A DNA stretch of 6,560 nucleotides from contig CAZMCX010000043.1 in the NCBI GenBank assembly GCA_964565125.1, forward strand, positions 1 to 6,560, in the 5' to 3' direction. A program made the translations under genes and the position numbers. Source of the stretch: an uncultured archaeon (GTDB lineage: Archaea > Iainarchaeota > Iainarchaeia > Iainarchaeales > 0-14-0-20-30-16). Below the pieces are notes generated by a model. It did not search any database. It was not told the DNA's origin and saw nothing but the letters and a program-made list of their open reading frames with translations. Within the stretch, counting starts at the first letter, position 1. Every line of letters begins with the position of its first letter. Of the stretch, positions 5,254-6,560 are shown piece after piece.

Positions 5254-5646
5254 TTAATTAATAGAATAATGCCCTTTCTTTGTTTTTATTTTTTTTCTCT
5301 TTGCTTTTTTTACAATATAATGAACTGAGCTCTTTGGCATACCAATTTTTTTTTCAATTTGCCTATAAGAAAATCCGGATTTATATAAAGAAATCGCTTT
5401 TGCCAACATTTTTGGATCTGCTTCTATTGGCCTACCCCTAATCTTTTCAATTATTATTTTTATTTTCTTTTTCCTAATCAGCAGTTTTGTTTTTTCAGAC
5501 ATTCTTGATAAAGTAGATTTTGACAGATGTATTTTTTTCTTTTTAGAAAAGTGTGCCCTAAACTCTTTAAAAGAAACGGGCCTTACAAGATGGACTTCGT
5601 TTTTAGTTTTTTTCGCTTTCCTTAAAACTTCCTTCATAATAATCAC
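5254..5646 (-). CDS. Small, very basic HTH protein with resolvase/invertase-type C-terminal HTH (no recombinase catalytic domain)
   Basis: 130 aa and Lys-rich. GRPIEADPKMLAKAISLYKSGFSYRQIEKKIGMPKSSVHYIVKKA resembles the GRP...HTH C-terminal domain of Hin/resolvase-family proteins. A weaker HTH-like stretch (IHLSKSTLSRM) lies upstream. The start is ambiguous: either GTG at 5646, overlapping the RNase Z stop as GTGA, or ATG at 5637 preceded by GTGAT with a 4-nt spacer. Confidence 0.65.
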   Translation of the reverse strand: MIIMKEVLRKAKKTKNEVHLVRPVSFKEFRAHFSKKKKIHLSKSTLSRMSEKTKLLIRKKKIKIIIEKIRGRPIEADPKMLAKAISLYKSGFSYRQIEKKIGMPKSSVHYIVKKAKRKKIKTKKGHYSIN

Positions 5647-6542
5647 GTCAACTCAAAAGAATCTAAATCAGTTCCAAATATAATATCTTTTGATTTTATT
5701 TTCTTTTTTGTTTTTTCCAAATCTTCTAAATATCTATTACTATAATTAAACAGAACTAGTTTTTTTACTTTTGCTTTTTTTGAGATCTTTATTACATCCT
5801 CCATAACTGAGTGTTTTGTTTCTTTTGCCCTCTTTTCCTCGCTCTTCAAAAAACAAGACTCGTGGAATAAAATATCTGCATTACTAATGAATTTTTCATA
5901 GCCTTTGTCATAAGTATCAACAATGTATCCGATCTTCTTTCCAACTCTTCCTTTATTGTAGTCCATTACCATTTCAGGTTTTATTTTCTTTCCATTATAG
6001 GTCACTGTTTTTCCATCTTGTAATTGTTTGTACAAAGGCCCAGGCGGAAGAAGTTTTTCTGCTTTTTTTCTATTAAATTCTCCAACCTTATCTTTTTCTT
6101 TTATAATAAATCCATAATTCAAAATTCTGTGAACAAATTTTCTGGAATAAACTTCTACTTTTTCATTTTCAAAAACTTTTCCCCCTGTCAAATCACGGTA
6201 ATTTATTTTAAAAGAATGTCCAATATTCATCAAATTTATAATTCCCGAAATCCTTTGTTTAACCCCTTTAGGCCCAAATATATTTAATGGACTCTTTCTT
6301 TCAGATAATTCCATAGTTGCAATAAGTCCAGGGATTCCTAATATATGGTCTGCATGGAAATGGCTCAAGAAAATTGAATCTATTTTCATAAAGCTTATTC
6401 CCGATTGCATTATTCTCATCTGTACACCTTCACAAGCATCAAACAAATAAGCTTTTGCTTCATTCTGTATAAGCATACAAGAAGTAAAATTTTCTGTAGT
6501 TGGCTTGCTAGATACACTTCCCAATAATACTGCTTTAAACAT
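5643..6542 (-). CDS. rnz: Ribonuclease Z (tRNA 3' endonuclease, metallo-beta-lactamase fold), short form
   Basis: 299 aa. Motif II is HFHADH (H61/H63/D65/H66) within IFLSHFHADHILGIPGLIATMEL. H138 lies in FVHRILNYGF, D209 in YIVDT, and HES (H227) and KHS (H244) are present. The flexible-arm signature PPGPLYKQLQDGKTVT and the N-terminal LGS..KPTTENFTS..LFDACEG are also present. The expected final L.L.H.S.RY motif reads LVLFNYSNRY (N266). Confidence 0.9.
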   Translation of the reverse strand: MFKAVLLGSVSSKPTTENFTSCMLIQNEAKAYLFDACEGVQMRIMQSGISFMKIDSIFLSHFHADHILGIPGLIATMELSERKSPLNIFGPKGVKQRISGIINLMNIGHSFKINYRDLTGGKVFENEKVEVYSRKFVHRILNYGFIIKEKDKVGEFNRKKAEKLLPPGPLYKQLQDGKTVTYNGKKIKPEMVMDYNKGRVGKKIGYIVDTYDKGYEKFISNADILFHESCFLKSEEKRAKETKHSVMEDVIKISKKAKVKKLVLFNYSNRYLEDLEKTKKKIKSKDIIFGTDLDSFELT

Positions 6543-6547
6543 AAAAT

Positions 6548-6552
6548 ATCAC
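6548..6552 (-). promoter_or_regulatory. Partial Shine-Dalgarno (GTGAT) for rnz
   Basis: The - strand reads aaGTGATatttt ATG with a 5-nt spacer. The same pentamer precedes the micro-ORF ATG (2524) and the ATG at 5637. Confidence 0.35.
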
Positions 6553-6560
6553 TTATCTAT

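Noticed and set aside
1135-6287. Other track ORFs on the opposite strand of confident genes: 1135..1317 +, 2772..3050 +, 3543..3872 +, 3753..4061 -, 4515..4700 -, 6024..6287 +.
   Set aside because: Each lies inside or across a gene with strong family motifs (RuBisCO, MFS, methyltransferase, RNase Z). Each gives a low-complexity or compositionally odd peptide and has no start signals.
1-6560. Looked for CRISPR repeats, tRNA/rRNA genes, IS termini or long inverted repeats, and alternative genetic code (in-frame TGA/TAG).
   Set aside because: No periodic 25-40 nt repeats, no GC-rich cloverleaf-type stems or T-loop GTTCGAATC-like strings, and no long terminal inverted repeats were seen by eye. 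All conserved genes are open under the standard code, with TAA, TAG and TGA each used as stops. Visual inspection cannot exclude short or degenerate elements.

Overview
AT-rich, tightly packed prokaryotic window of about 6.5 kb. It holds six substantial genes plus one candidate micro-ORF, with no rRNA, tRNA, CRISPR or recognisable IS element. Gene order is as follows. (1) + strand: a 326-aa protein built from about five helix-turn-helix-like modules. (2) - strand: a complete archaeal-type form III RuBisCO large subunit with every catalytic motif intact. (3) - strand: a 12-TM MFS transporter. (4) + strand: an RsmF / NOL1-NOP2-Sun type RNA m5C methyltransferase. Its catalytic domain and its C-terminal PUA-like RNA-binding domain lie in two overlapping reading frames that switch at an A6 run. 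(5) - strand: a small lysine-rich protein with a resolvase-type HTH. (6) - strand: RNase Z, which overlaps the start of the HTH gene in GTGA. The signals look archaeal. TATA-like boxes are centred about 26 nt upstream of three ATGs, one of them serving a divergent pair, which fits leaderless mRNAs. The other genes carry pieces of GAGGTGAT, the complement of the 16S 3' end. Together with the form III RuBisCO and archaeal-looking RNase Z motifs, I favour a small-genome (DPANN-like) archaeon. A CPR bacterium cannot be excluded from sequence alone. I see no obviously novel multi-gene system. The observations most worth following are the split methyltransferase, the repeat-built multi-HTH protein, an untracked 25-codon hydrophobic ORF whose stop overlaps the RuBisCO Shine-Dalgarno, and an RNase Z with Asn in place of the last metal-binding His.
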